Below are positions 1-10,519 of a DNA stretch of 64,000 bases, in pieces. Below the pieces are notes generated by a model. That model saw nothing but the letters and a program-made list of their open reading frames with translations. It had not been told where the DNA came from and did no database searches. The stretch is from Fimicolochytrium jonesii (taxonomy: Eukaryota). The stretch's first letter is position 1. Every line of letters starts with the position of its first letter. Location: contig NW_026515675.1 of the NCBI RefSeq assembly GCF_025526975.1, positions 62,001 to 126,000 on the forward strand, in the 5' to 3' direction. Both the position numbers and the translations under genes were made by a program.

Positions 1-100
1 TTCTTCAGGCTGTCCCCTGTGGTGGGGCCCTTGCCTACTTTCTTCTTGCCCGATGACGGGCCGGCGGCAGTGGGCTTGGCAGGAGGAACTACGCTGGCCA
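1..100 (-). other. 5' end of an antisense ORF in the 3' internal region of an LTR element (MASVVPPAKPTAAGPSSGKKKVGKGP..., runs off window)
   Basis: Minus-strand ATG at 100, TATAAAA-like box at ~203-209, upstream of a PPT+LTR. Confidence 0.4.
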
Positions 101-443
101 TAGTGAAGAGGGGAACGGCGACGCGGAGAGGTTACGAGATTGGGAGCAAGAAATGTAAGTCCGGGGACTGGCGGGAAGGTGCCGAGGAGACTACTGCCTT
201 CCTTTTATATGCCGCAGGGACAAGGACCATAGCGCCCCACGACCAGCTGCGGCCGAATCATCTTTACCTCATATCGGCGTAGATTTGATTGCCATCGTGG
301 TGGCCACCGGTGATGCCAGCCGCTCCAGTAGAGCCATGCGCACTCCTCATGGCCGACACCTGTGTCAGCTCCACATCAAGTAACAGCGGGGAGCGACTGG
401 CAGGTACGGTCGGTGTCGGAGTGACACTTGGCTCTAAGGGGGG

Positions 444-703
444 TGTAATGAGGTGCTGCAGGTGTCACCTTAGTGCGGGGAAGCGCGTAGGGCATGAGAT
501 CACGTGTAGCATAGATTATATTGGGGTTCTACGCTCTGGGGTGACTCCCGAAGGGAAGAAAAGCCTTCGGGCGGCGCCCCGGGAGGTAGAAACTCTAGAA
601 TTCTTTCAATACATCGAGCGGAGACAGAGCTAGCCTCTGGCAACGGACCTAGCATTATTGCACGCTCGCTCAGTCGCCAGTGAACAGCACTCGCACTCAT
701 TAT
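444..703 (+). mobile_element. 3' LTR of an LTR retrotransposon
   Basis: Purine tract AAGGGGGG (436-443) directly before TGTAATGAG; inverted terminal match CTCATTA near 696-702. Confidence 0.5.
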
Positions 704-2160
704 TGGACTAGCCCTATCCAGGCAAATGTGCCATATATGACTTCTGTGTCGCCGGCACCCCATGCGCCTCCTCAGCGCGCTATGGCCTACTCCGTCCCGT
801 ACGCTTATAAAGCCCCGGAACGGCATCCTTACTTTCAACCTCGTTCTCAAAGCCCTCCTTTCAATGAAATTCCTCATGAAAGTGCATCTGTGAGATCTGT
901 TACTCCCGTAACACCCCCTACGGCCGGCAAATCAGCTTCCAAAGTCTTCATCATCACTACCCTTAGTAAACTCGGCTCTACAACGGCGATCCCAATGTTA
1001 CCAAGCTTCAAGGGTTCCTTGATCACATCGACGTAATTATGAAGTACGAGATGATTTCGCCTTCCGAATGCGTAGACTTCGTCGTCAACGCGCTCACTGG
1101 ACCAGCTCTCCAGTGGTGGAAAAGCCTTCCTGAAAACGAGCGCTTCTCCATAATTTCCTGGCACAATATTCAAGACGTCTATGGACTGCCCCCGCGACTC
1201 GGATTACGCTCCGCAATGTTGAGGCGCTTCATTCCCCGGAATCATCTGCCGCAAGTTCTTCACAGACTGCGCGCTCTGAAGCCCAAGTCAATTAACCATC
1301 AAGGTTTAACCGAATTTGTCGCCCAGTTCAACCTTTTGGCTGGATAACTCCCCAGGCTCCCGGAATACGTGCTCTGTGCCGATTTCCTTCAAGCCCTTCC
1401 TAAGAATCTTAGTACCCTGATCACTGCTCAGGCTCAGTACGATGATAGACTTAGTCCTTCTCAAGAAGCCGCGATTCGTATAGCCGCCGAGCACAACGAG
1501 AAGACCCCGAGTATGCCTCAGTCGGGGGCATCCGCTGCCCACGTTACTTCCACTCTACCTCAGAAGAAGAAGAACAAATCCAAGACTGGCGGCTCCAGAG
1601 GCACCCCCTCTACCCAATCCTCATCTTCTGACGCAACCAAGAAGCCTCCCCAATGCAAATACTGCAATAGGGACGGCCACAAGTCGGAAAACTGCTTTAC
1701 TTACAAAGCTGTCAAGGATATCATGGACAAGAACGCGAAAAACAAGGCACCCGCTGCAGCCTCCATGGCTTATGCCATGCATGTTCAAGTTCAACCAGCC
1801 AACCACGACGTCTGCCTCTTCAAGGCGAACGTGGATTCCGGTTGTACGGATCATATGACCGCCTATATCAAGGATCTAGATCCATCTTCTATTCAAGGCT
1901 ACCAACGCCTTATTGGACTCGCGGATTCGACTACCATTACCTCTCAAAAGAAGGGTACCGTACTTATCCAACCTACGTCCGGCGGCGAAGTTCTCGCTCT
2001 TTGCGACGTTCTATTGGTTCCCAGTCTTGCCCAGCCGCTTATATCTGTTGCTAAATGCATTGATAACGGCGTTACCGTCTCCTTTCACCCCACCGACGTC
2101 GTTACGTTCAACACCGACCGACATTTACTCGCGATGGGAATGCGCGAAGGCAACGCGTAC
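704..2160 (+). pseudogene. Ty1/Copia gag-protease region, interrupted by in-frame TAA stops
   Basis: Zinc knuckle CKYCNRDGHKSENC; Copia protease motif DSGCTDHMT; L.DVLLVPSL...LISV motif; ORFs 680-1036, 1039-1347 and 1369 onward. Confidence 0.85.
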
Positions 2161-2173
2161 TACCACCTCTCCG

Positions 2174-2221
2174 GGGCTCATAACCCTGAGGCCCCAAGAT
2201 CGAAACTTGGTGGTGCTACCA
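2174..2221 (+). tRNA. 3' fragment of initiator tRNA-Met(CAT) including CCA (reverse-transcribed copy, not a gene)
   Basis: GGGCTCATAACCC anticodon arm; T-arm CCAAGATCGAAACTTGG with the eukaryotic initiator ATCG loop; acceptor TGGTGCTA+CCA; no 5' half present. Confidence 0.85.
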
Positions 2222-2739
2222 TGTCAAGGGAATCGTCCCGATCGCTCAGAACGCCCCGGAGAGGTGGTACAGTCACAGAAAGAAGAGAAGAATGTTTTTG
2301 GGGAAGGTAGGAATGGAACCCACGCCACCTGGGTGAGAGCCAGGTGCCTTAACCACTAAGCCAAAATGTGTCGGGCCGATTCCCTTGACATGGTAGCACC
2401 ACAAGTCCTTCTCGGGACCATACATATACTGCGATACCAACGACCCGGTCCTAGGTACCCCACAGCGGACCAGAGACCCGGGCTGGTACTCCAACTAAAA
2501 TAGGACCGATCCACTGGTCCATGATACCGATACACTGGTACATATATCCGAGAGGCTGGTACACTCAAGGGGAGGTGTAACGGGAACACACACAATTTGG
2601 CTTAGTGGTTAAGACACCTGGCTCTCACCCAGGTGGCGTGGGTTTGATTCCTACCTTCCCCAAAAACATTTTTCTCTTCTTTCTGTGACTGTACCACCTC
2701 TCCGGGGCGTTCCGAGCGATTGGGACGATTCCCTTGACA
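2222..2739 (+). mobile_element. Non-autonomous miniature LTR element (TRIM) with tRNA-derived LTR and a rearranged (inverted) left LTR
   Basis: 3' LTR 2576-2739 (TG...CA); PBS TGGTAGCACCAC 2391-2402; PPT AAGGGGAGG 2567-2575; ~185-bp noncoding interior; 2222-2371 is the reverse complement of the LTR. Confidence 0.85.
2598..2655 (+). ncRNA. tRNA-Glu(CTC)-like segment inside LTR (A box, anticodon arm, B box); second copy inverted at ~2306-2363
   Basis: A box TGGCTTAGTGG; stem-loop CCTGG-CT CTC AC-CCAGG; B box GGTTTGATTCC (GGTTCCATTCC in the other copy); no acceptor stem. Confidence 0.75.
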
Positions 2740-3350
2740 TATTTCAACTGCCGTCAGCTTCGTCGCACGTCAAGTCTCAGCTCCAACCCAAGCCGACTGG
2801 AATGATGTACTTTGCATCATGCGCTACCTTAAAGGTACCCGCACCTTCAAGCTTACCTACAAGTCCGGTCATTCAGATCAAGCTGGACTTCGCGTCTATA
2901 CAGACGCATCCTACGCAGACGATGTCAACGACCGCAAGTCTACCGCGGGCAACGCCAGCTTCTTCAACGGCCAGCTTATCTACTGGAAAAGCACCAAGCA
3001 GAAGTGCGTAGCTCTCAGCTCCACAGAAGCTGAGTATATTGCCGCATCCCTCAGTTACAACAAGGTCATCTGGCTCCGCTCAATCATCGCGGAGGTCTTC
3101 GGCGACGAATACGGCAACATCAAGAACCCTACGCCACTCCACATCGGCATTCAGAGCGCCCGCGAGATTCTCAACTCCACGGCTATTACTCAACGCTCCA
3201 AAGACATCGACATACGCTACCACAAGCTACGTGACGGCGTGGCAAAGAAAGACGGCGTACTCCTCGACACCGCGACGCAGGAACAGCTGGCTGTATACTT
3301 CACAAAGCCCTTTCCTCCCAAGACACATACAAAATTTATTCAAGCAATTC
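2740..3350 (+). pseudogene. Ty1/Copia RT C-terminus and RNase H
   Basis: TAVSFVARQ...IMRYLKGT, YTDASYA..DRKST, WKSTKQKCVALSSTEAEY, DIDIRYH, FTKP motifs. Confidence 0.92.
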
Positions 3351-3771
3351 AAGGAGGACGTGTCGATAGCAATAGACAGCCGGCGACGACTACGTCCGAA
3401 TGAGACATACGGAACACCCATACCGGGACGGCTTCTGGGCACTATATACAACTTCAGCACCTTACCCCGCCACCGTGATAGCCGCCGCTGCCCCGGCACC
3501 GGGGGCTCCACCGGCTCCGGCTCCGCCTCCACCAGGTGGACCCCCTGGACCACCTCCCCCGCCTCCTCCGTCACGGTCTCCATCCTCACTCAAAGACGAA
3601 TCATCCATGTGCTTTCGCAAGTACTGGAGTCGCTTCATCATCTTGTCTCCCTCCCGTCTCTTGGCCGCATCACTGCGGCGCTTCGTCTCTTTCATCTTTT
3701 CTTTCGATATGCCGCCTTTTGCCTTATATTGCGACCCCGAGACTGCCTTACATCCAAGGTAGTCTGCCTCC

Positions 3772-3948
3772 TGTAACGTCAGAGGAAACGTAGACGATTC
3801 TGGGCCCTTCTGAGAGGGCTGAGAGCAGTGTATTGTAGTGAAGAAAAAAGCAAGGAGCTCTTGGCAGCGGCCGCTCGACTGACAGCTTTATATATGGGCT
3901 GCCAGTGGGGCTTGCGTGGCTTCAGTGAGGCTTGGCGCCTTATGTAAC
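3772..3948 (-). mobile_element. Short LTR-like repeat; diverged inverted copy at ~7000-7172
   Basis: TGTAACGTCAGAGGAAAC at 3772 is the reverse complement of the 7155-7172 end; shared core GCAGCGGCCGCTCGACTGACAGCTTTATATATGGGCTGCC. Confidence 0.7.
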
Positions 3949-4659
3949 GTATCACCGAGAGCTCGGGTGGCCAGCCCGGGTCTCGGATCCAGTAGAAGTA
4001 AAGAGATATAATATGAAATACAAGTGAAGATGAGATATCCCCAACACCTCCTCCATCAATGCTTCGAACAACCCCTTCTTTTGCTTCGATCGATCCAGCT
4101 TCGCCTTCGTAAACGCCAGGTGCTTCGCAAGGTTCTCATGGTTATCCTTGCAGTACCTCAACGTCGATACCTCCGTTGCCAATCAAAGAGCTTCTCTAAC
4201 TTGGGCTTTCAACATCGAAGAGTCGCTTGCGGACGCTGCGGACGATGCGCGCGTAGAGCGCGTAGTCGGACGTGAGGGTCCCGGAGGAGGTGCAGCTGGA
4301 GGGGCTGCGGGCGCTCCCGTCTTACGGGCCGTTTGCTTCTTCTTGCCGTCGCCACTCTTCTTGCCACTCCCGCCGTTCTTGCCTCCGTTTGCCATTGTCT
4401 CGCGTATCGTGTGGTAGTCTGGGATACGGTAGTTGAGTATGGGGAACGTTGGTCCTACCTCTCTGGGGCAACTGACAGCTGTCTCTTGTTTTATACTCGC
4501 GGCGTTTCCCTCTTCTTTCATTTTACTCTTTCATTTCTTTCATTTTTAGTCATAGCTATTCATCCCCCCGACCGCCCGCTTTTCGCGTACGGCCGCACCA
4601 TTGTACTCATTGTTTAGATTTATCTTTCACTTAGATAGACTCGTGAGTTTGAGTGGGGG

Positions 4660-5000
4660 TGTTGGAGGTATCATCCTCCCGAGTCCCCGGTTAGGGTTCC
4701 CGTAGTTTATTTCCTCACGTGACTCCCCTCCCACTTACGCCACGCTTCCGCGTACGGGACTTCACTCTTTCCTTCCCTTCGGACCTCGCGTCCTCTTTAC
4801 ACTTAAGACTTTTCTATATAAGACAATACATACTTCACAGTACAGCATTGCACACTACATAGAGTTCGCTCAGTCATCTGCTTCCTCTGCCGACTACTGC
4901 TAAGTTCACCGAGAGCTCGGGTGGCCAGCCCGGGTCTCGGATCCAGTAGAAGTAAAGAGATATAATATGAAATACAAGTGAAGATGAGATATCCCCAACA
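4660..5000 (+). mobile_element. Copia-type LTR (341 bp)
   Basis: TGTTGG...CCAACA termini, preceded by PPT GAGTGGGGG; TATATAA inside. Confidence 0.85.
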
Positions 5001-5613
5001 CCTCCTCCATCAATGCTTCGAACAACCCCTTCTTTTGCTTCGATCGATCCAGCTTCGCCTTTGTAAACGCCAGGTGCTTCGCAAGGTTCTCATGGTTATC
5101 CTTGCGGTACCTCAACGTCGATACCTCCGTTGCCAATCAAAGAGCTTCTCTAACTCGGGCTTTCAACATCGAAGAGTCGCTTGCGGACGCTGCGGACGAT
5201 GCGCGCGTAGAGCGTGTAGTCGGACGTGAGGGTCCCGGAGGAGGTGCAGCTGGAGGGGCTGCGGGCGCTCCCGTCTTACGGGCCGTTTGCTTCTTCTTGC
5301 CGTCGCCACTCTTCTTGCCACTCCCGCCGTTCTTGCCTCCGTTTGCCATTGTCTCGCGTATCGTGTGGTAGTCTGGGATACGGTAGTTGAGTATGGGGAA
5401 CGTTGGTCCTACCTCTCTGGGGCAACTGACAGCTGTCTCTTGTTTTATACTCGCGGCGTTTCCCTCTTCTTTCATTTTACTCTTTCATTTCTTTCATTTT
5501 TAGTCATAGCTATTCATCCCCCCGACCGCCCGCTTTTCGCGTACGGCCACACCATTGTACTCATTGTTTAGATTTATCTTTCACTTAGATAGACTCGTGA
5601 GTTTGAGTGGGGG

Positions 5614-5953
5614 TGTTGGAGGTATCATCCTCCCGAGTCCCCGGTTAGGGTTCCCGTAGTTTATTTCCTCACGTGACTCCCCTCCCACTTACGCCACGCT
5701 TCCGCGTACGGGACTTCACTCTTTCCTTCCCTTCGGACCTCGCGTCCTCTTTACACTTAAGACTTTTCTATATAAGACAATACATACTTCACAGTACAGC
5801 ATTGCACACTACATAGAGTTCGCTCAGTCATCTGCTTCCTCTGCCGACTACTGCTAAGTTCACCGAGAGCTCGGGTGGCCAGCCCTGGTCTCGGATCAAG
5901 TAGAAGTAAAGAGATATAATATGAAATACAAGTGAAATGAGATATCCCCGACA
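5614..5953 (+). mobile_element. Second full copy of the same LTR (3'-end fragments also at 3952-4046 and ~6943-6983)
   Basis: TGTTGG...CCGACA, preceded by the same PPT. Confidence 0.85.
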
Positions 5954-5964
5954 AACACTGCCAT

Positions 5965-6500
5965 GCCCCACGGGCTCTGCGTGTTGAACCCAACAACACT
6001 CGAGCATGAGAGTAACCTTCTCATTCAGCTCTTTGAGTTCGGCTTCGCTCATATGCCGTAAAGGATTAAAGACTGGTTTCGTACCAGGCTCCAGCTTGAT
6101 ATGGAAATCATCCTCTCCTCTATTGGACGGCAACTCTGCGTGCTCGACAAACAAACCATCCACGTGCTTCTCTAACGTTGGATATAGAAGGTGATCCAAT
6201 GGCACGCCCAAGTCAACCTTCTGTCCTGTAGCTTCGCACATCTGAACCTCTGGCTCTGGTTCGGCGCGATTGCGCTCATCTGCGGGGACATAAGCTGGTG
6301 ACGCATTCACTGCAGCTTCTATGTCCATAGCGTACGCTATGTAACACTTCCCATACACCTTTTTTCGAAATAAGCGAGTGAACTTCTGATAAGTTACAAC
6401 CCCTGCACTCGGGTCTTCTCGTTCAGGCATCGCCGCCTTGAATCGTTTACACTTCTTTCTGGTGTCAAAGGACCGCAGATCAGCCGCATTACAAGACGAT
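5965..6500 (-). pseudogene. Ty3/Gypsy pol fragment (region leading into RT)
   Basis: ELPSNRGEDDFHIKLEPGTKPVFNPLRHMSEAELKELNEKVTLML..WV resembles the Gypsy pre-RT segment; truncated by the LTR. Confidence 0.75.
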
Positions 6501-6571
6501 TGGGATTCCCATTTCCCTGTCTGGTCTGGCAATCAGGGTATGTTCAACTTCATCCGCACGGAATCCCACGG

Positions 6572-6826
6572 CAGCTATGGGTAGTAACAAGGCTGGCCAC
6601 GGCAATGGCGGTGGCAATGGCGGTGGCAATGGCGATGGCAATGGTGGCAACGGCGGTGAGAGGGTGTGGAAGAACCAGTGAAGAAGACCTCTGCAGCTAC
6701 GGGTAGTAACAAGGCTGGCCACGGCTCTAATAGTAGAAGGCTGGTCCAGAAGGCTCTAAGTCCGCGGTGAAGGCTCTAAGTCCGCGGGTAAAGGCTCTAA
6801 GTCCGCTGGTGAAGGCTCCAAGTCCA
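6572..6826 (+). repeat. Low-complexity cluster: 32-bp direct repeat (6572, 6694) flanking GGCAAT/GGCGGT hexamers, then ~4 copies of a 20-21-bp unit GAAGGCTCTAAGTCCGCGG
   Basis: Read directly from sequence. Confidence 0.8.
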
Positions 6827-6999
6827 GCTCCAGAAGGGTAGGAACGGGCCATAGACGCATTACAGTTTTGATTTTCAGTCAAGGACTGCTTGCTAATGGG
6901 ACCTAGGCCCCAGTCCCATAACACGGCGCGATTATATCTGCAATATAATATGAAATACAAGTGAATGTGAGATATCCCCAACAGAATCTGAGGGAGGTA

Positions 7000-7172
7000 C
7001 ATCATCCGCCAAGCCTCCTTGAAGCCACGCAAGCCCCACTGGCAGCCCATATATAAAGCTGTCAGTCGAGCGGCCGCTGCAAATGACTTCCTACTTTTTT
7101 CTTCACCTGAATACACTGTTTTCAGCCCTCTCGGAAGACCCCATTATCGTCCAAGTTTCCTCTGACGTTACA
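7000..7172 (+). mobile_element. Short LTR-like repeat (partner of 3772-3948)
   Basis: Purine tract GAGGGAGG before it, TATATAAAG inside, ends ...GACGTTACA. Confidence 0.65.
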
Positions 7173-9196
7173 GTTCGGGAACGCTTCCTGCCCGAGACCG
7201 TAACCCGCGGAACTCCTGATAATATTCTTGGCTCAAGGCGACAGAAATGGCTGCTTGCATTTAGAAATGAGCTCTCAGCTTGTGAGGTTGGTCGGATTTA
7301 CGGGGCTCGACGTTCTTCCGCTTGATCCCATCACCGTTTTACTTTACGCCGGGGCTCGACCTAACTGTACAACAATGATAATCCCAGTGCTTTCCAAGGC
7401 TCTTTCATCGCTGGTTTCGTGCTGGTCTATAGACCGCCCACATTTTTGGTGAAGCTTGATGTCGAAAGACATTCTTGGCTGAGCACTGACAAGCGCAAAG
7501 GAGTTGAATCAAAACTAGTTGGACTTTGCATTGAAAGCTGTCATCCCGCATGATGCCAGCGTGACAGCAACCACAGTCTCACACAACATTCGGCGTGATG
7601 GCCCTCAGTCGTGGAATGGACACTTTGTGGGAACCGTGCGAGATCACAAACAGGGAGCCGCTATGGCTACACAGGCACATTGGGCAGGCATTTCTCATTC
7701 TGTTCATCAGCGGACTCTCAGGTTGTAACTAGCTTCAAGGGTAGCGGTAAGTCCGCAGGGTGGGCCTATTCCCACTCCTTTTCTGATGCGGGCACAACCC
7801 ATATTCCAGCCACCAATCACAAAATGATTGGCTCTGTACGAGTAGGACTGTATTTTTATAACCATATCTATTTGCATCACAAACCCACTGTAATCCCAAA
7901 GGATGGCTGGTGGATGGTGATGATGGCATGGTTTTCCACACCAACGATTGGTCACATTTGGAGTGTAGTCTCTGAGGAACTAGATGATGGTCTGATCTAC
8001 GATTCTTGATTTTCTCCGATGACGTAGTCATCCAAACACAGTTTCGATTACATGACTATCGTAAGGTTCATCTAGCACCAGCGGGTTGCTTACATTTTCA
8101 ACTGAATCATCCCCCCCCCCCCCCCAGACATGATGTCCTGGGAAAGACCCTGCCAAAAACGCGTAGGAAGGTTCTATTACCTCGCGTTTGGCGAACCTGG
8201 ATGAATAGCGGCAAGCAAAGAGCGCATATGAACGGCCGTCATGGCATGGCACAGGTCCGGCGACGGGTAGGCTTAAATCACACGCCGATTTATGTGTCCC
8301 AAACGTATCCAGAAACCGGTCCGGCGAACGAGCAAAGCAAGGTGCCGCAAAGGCTTGCGTGCACAGCGAGAGAAGCGACTGCTCCAGGCCAGTGAGAGTT
8401 GAAGGCGGTATCCTTGCGTATGTGCTGTCAATAAATGCACGTTACCCCGGAGCACTCGCTCGCTGTGAGATCTCTAACAAACCTAGGCGATGCCTTAATT
8501 GGATCTAATGACGGGCAGCGCCTCATATGGGTCCCAACAGGCAACGTATGGGAAATTACGTATGGGCCTAGCTAGACGACTGGTGGCACCGAGTCCCAGA
8601 GTTTTCGGGACTGACACCGTTTCGCCTTATGTACTGTCGAAAACAAGGGACGCGGATGTTGCATAAGCAAAGCCAGCCGAAACTCCGATCTGTGGACTCC
8701 AATATTGGAGAGAGTACGAGAATCGACAGCGCGTTACGCGCTCGTTTCCGGGCCCAAATGACACCCCGACGGGCCCTCTATGGTCCATAAGTTCAAATTG
8801 CTCCGAGGGGATTATACAACACAGTTACCATTCGCCAAGCAACCTTAAACCCTTCTGATGATCGGACAGCGGCCGAGAACTGTCAACTGGGAAGGACCCG
8901 AGTCAGTTAGTGAGAGTTGCGTATTTCCCGTGCCGTGGCCCGCCGAGAGCCCTCCTGGCCCGGCTCTGCCACAGTCTCACATAGAACGCTCAACATCCAG
9001 GCGACGAGTATAAAACAGCAGCCTCGACTGTCGTCCCCTTCAATTCTCGCTTTCGCACTTCCTCCGAATCCGTCAATAACTGCACCACTACGCTCCGCTT
9101 CCTCGAGACTTCAGGTCAATCTTGCACCGCTGCACGCTCCACGCTGTTCATCAACGCATATTATCAAGTCGTCAAACCACTTCGAAACGATTCATC

Positions 9197-9916
9197 ATGT
9201 TCAGCGAAATCTCTCGAGCCAACATCCTGGCGGCGGCGGTCTTGGCGTCCACGCTCGGCTCTTCGCTTGGCGCCGACGTTCTCAACGTAGGCACATACAC
9301 ACTGGTTGGCGGCTTCAACGGCGCCGCAACCGTCCCCAGTTGCGATAACGCTTGTCTCAAGGAAATCGGTGTCGCTGGCAAGGATTCCAAGTACAACATC
9401 CAAGGCACCAACAGCAACTGTGAATGCAAGGCGATTACCGTGACGGTCGCAGCAAACGGCGCGATCTCAGCCAGTTCCGGTCCTATCAGCAAGGACGGTG
9501 GTTCTTGGGGCGTCTCCGGCCAGTTCTCAGCCGGCAGTAAAAGCACCCCCTCGGTGGTCGCTAGCGTGTCTTCTAGCACCTCCAAAGCCCCCAACAATTC
9601 TGCGGGCACTACCGCGACCAGCAACGTGACCGTCTCCGCAAGTGCGACCTCCAGCTCTACGTCAAGCTCAACTACGGGCAGCCCGGCAGCCGGCGCGGGC
9701 GGGCGCCGTGACTTGTTCGCTCGCGCAGACCAACCCGTTTACGACACGATCGTCCTGCAGCTCACCGACTCGGCCAACAAAGTCTCCAACGCAACGTACG
9801 TGAAGACCAGCGTGAGCACCACGATTGCAGCTCCGACTTCTTCGGCACGCAGCCTGGCTGTTTCCTTCGCGCTCCTATCGGCTGGTATCGTCGCGGGTCT
9901 GGTTGGAATATTTTGA
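9197..9916 (+). CDS. Secreted Ser/Thr-rich, probably GPI-anchored surface protein
   Basis: Signal peptide MFSEISRANILAAAVLAST; 4-Cys N-domain; S/T linker; hydrophobic C-terminus after SSA; TATAAAA at ~9009. Confidence 0.8.
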   Translation: MFSEISRANILAAAVLASTLGSSLGADVLNVGTYTLVGGFNGAATVPSCDNACLKEIGVAGKDSKYNIQGTNSNCECKAITVTVAANGAISASSGPISKDGGSWGVSGQFSAGSKSTPSVVASVSSSTSKAPNNSAGTTATSNVTVSASATSSSTSSSTTGSPAAGAGGRRDLFARADQPVYDTIVLQLTDSANKVSNATYVKTSVSTTIAAPTSSARSLAVSFALLSAGIVAGLVGIF

Positions 9917-10519
9917 GCATGCATCGATCGTTTTCTGAATTGTCATGGTTTCATTCGGTCTGTCCCCATCATTTACACTGCCTGGGTCCTTACAAGCTAT
10001 ATTTGTTCACCCTTCCACCCTTGTATCCAATTGGAATGCTTTGACTTATCCCCTATAACCCCTCCCCTATAATTGTTACGTTGTATTCGAGGTCCGTATG
10101 CGCCGTTGGGTCTTTGTAAAACTTTAATCCAAAACGTTCAAACCTAGCTTCCTCGCAACTGAGTGGAACGTTCTTCGGAGTTCTGATGGTGCCCGTCCAA
10201 TACACTTCCGGCTCTTCTACGGGTTTCGCATCCTGGCCCTGTCGTACTTCCACTGTTACCCGTCTCGCTGCATGTGAGGCCCATATGCGCGCGTGTGGCC
10301 GGATGTGTGACTGGATAGGAGGAACACCTAAGCGACATCTATTACCCAATATACAGCGCGGGTCATATGGTATGGTATGCCTCAGGAAGAAGATGGTATA
10401 TACAATTTCAGGCAAGATGCCGGAACTTGGGCGAATCGCTGGATATGTACAATATGGTCTTCGTTGAGGCCATGCTATTATAAGCGCATGAACACTTGCG
10501 TGTTTGGGAATTGGGGTTT

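Larger units (their letters stand above)
3952..5953 (+). repeat. Tandem array, 954-bp period (3952, 4906, partial 5860): LTR - 613-bp internal segment - LTR - internal segment - LTR
   Basis: Near-identical units; duplicated ORFs in the track are offset by exactly 954. Confidence 0.95.

Noticed and set aside
2174..2655. Functional tRNA genes
   Set aside because: The iMet piece lacks its 5' half and has encoded CCA; the Glu-like pieces lack an acceptor stem
2222..2739. MITE with 150-bp TIRs
   Set aside because: PBS, PPT and TG...CA LTR fit an LTR element with one inverted LTR; no TSD seen
7200..8460. Short ORFs (7519-8009, 8006-8395)
   Set aside because: No recognisable motif or coherent exon chain
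10053..10415. 120-aa minus-strand ORF between the GPI protein and the cyclase
   Set aside because: Protein-like composition but no ATG start or family recognised; cannot support a call
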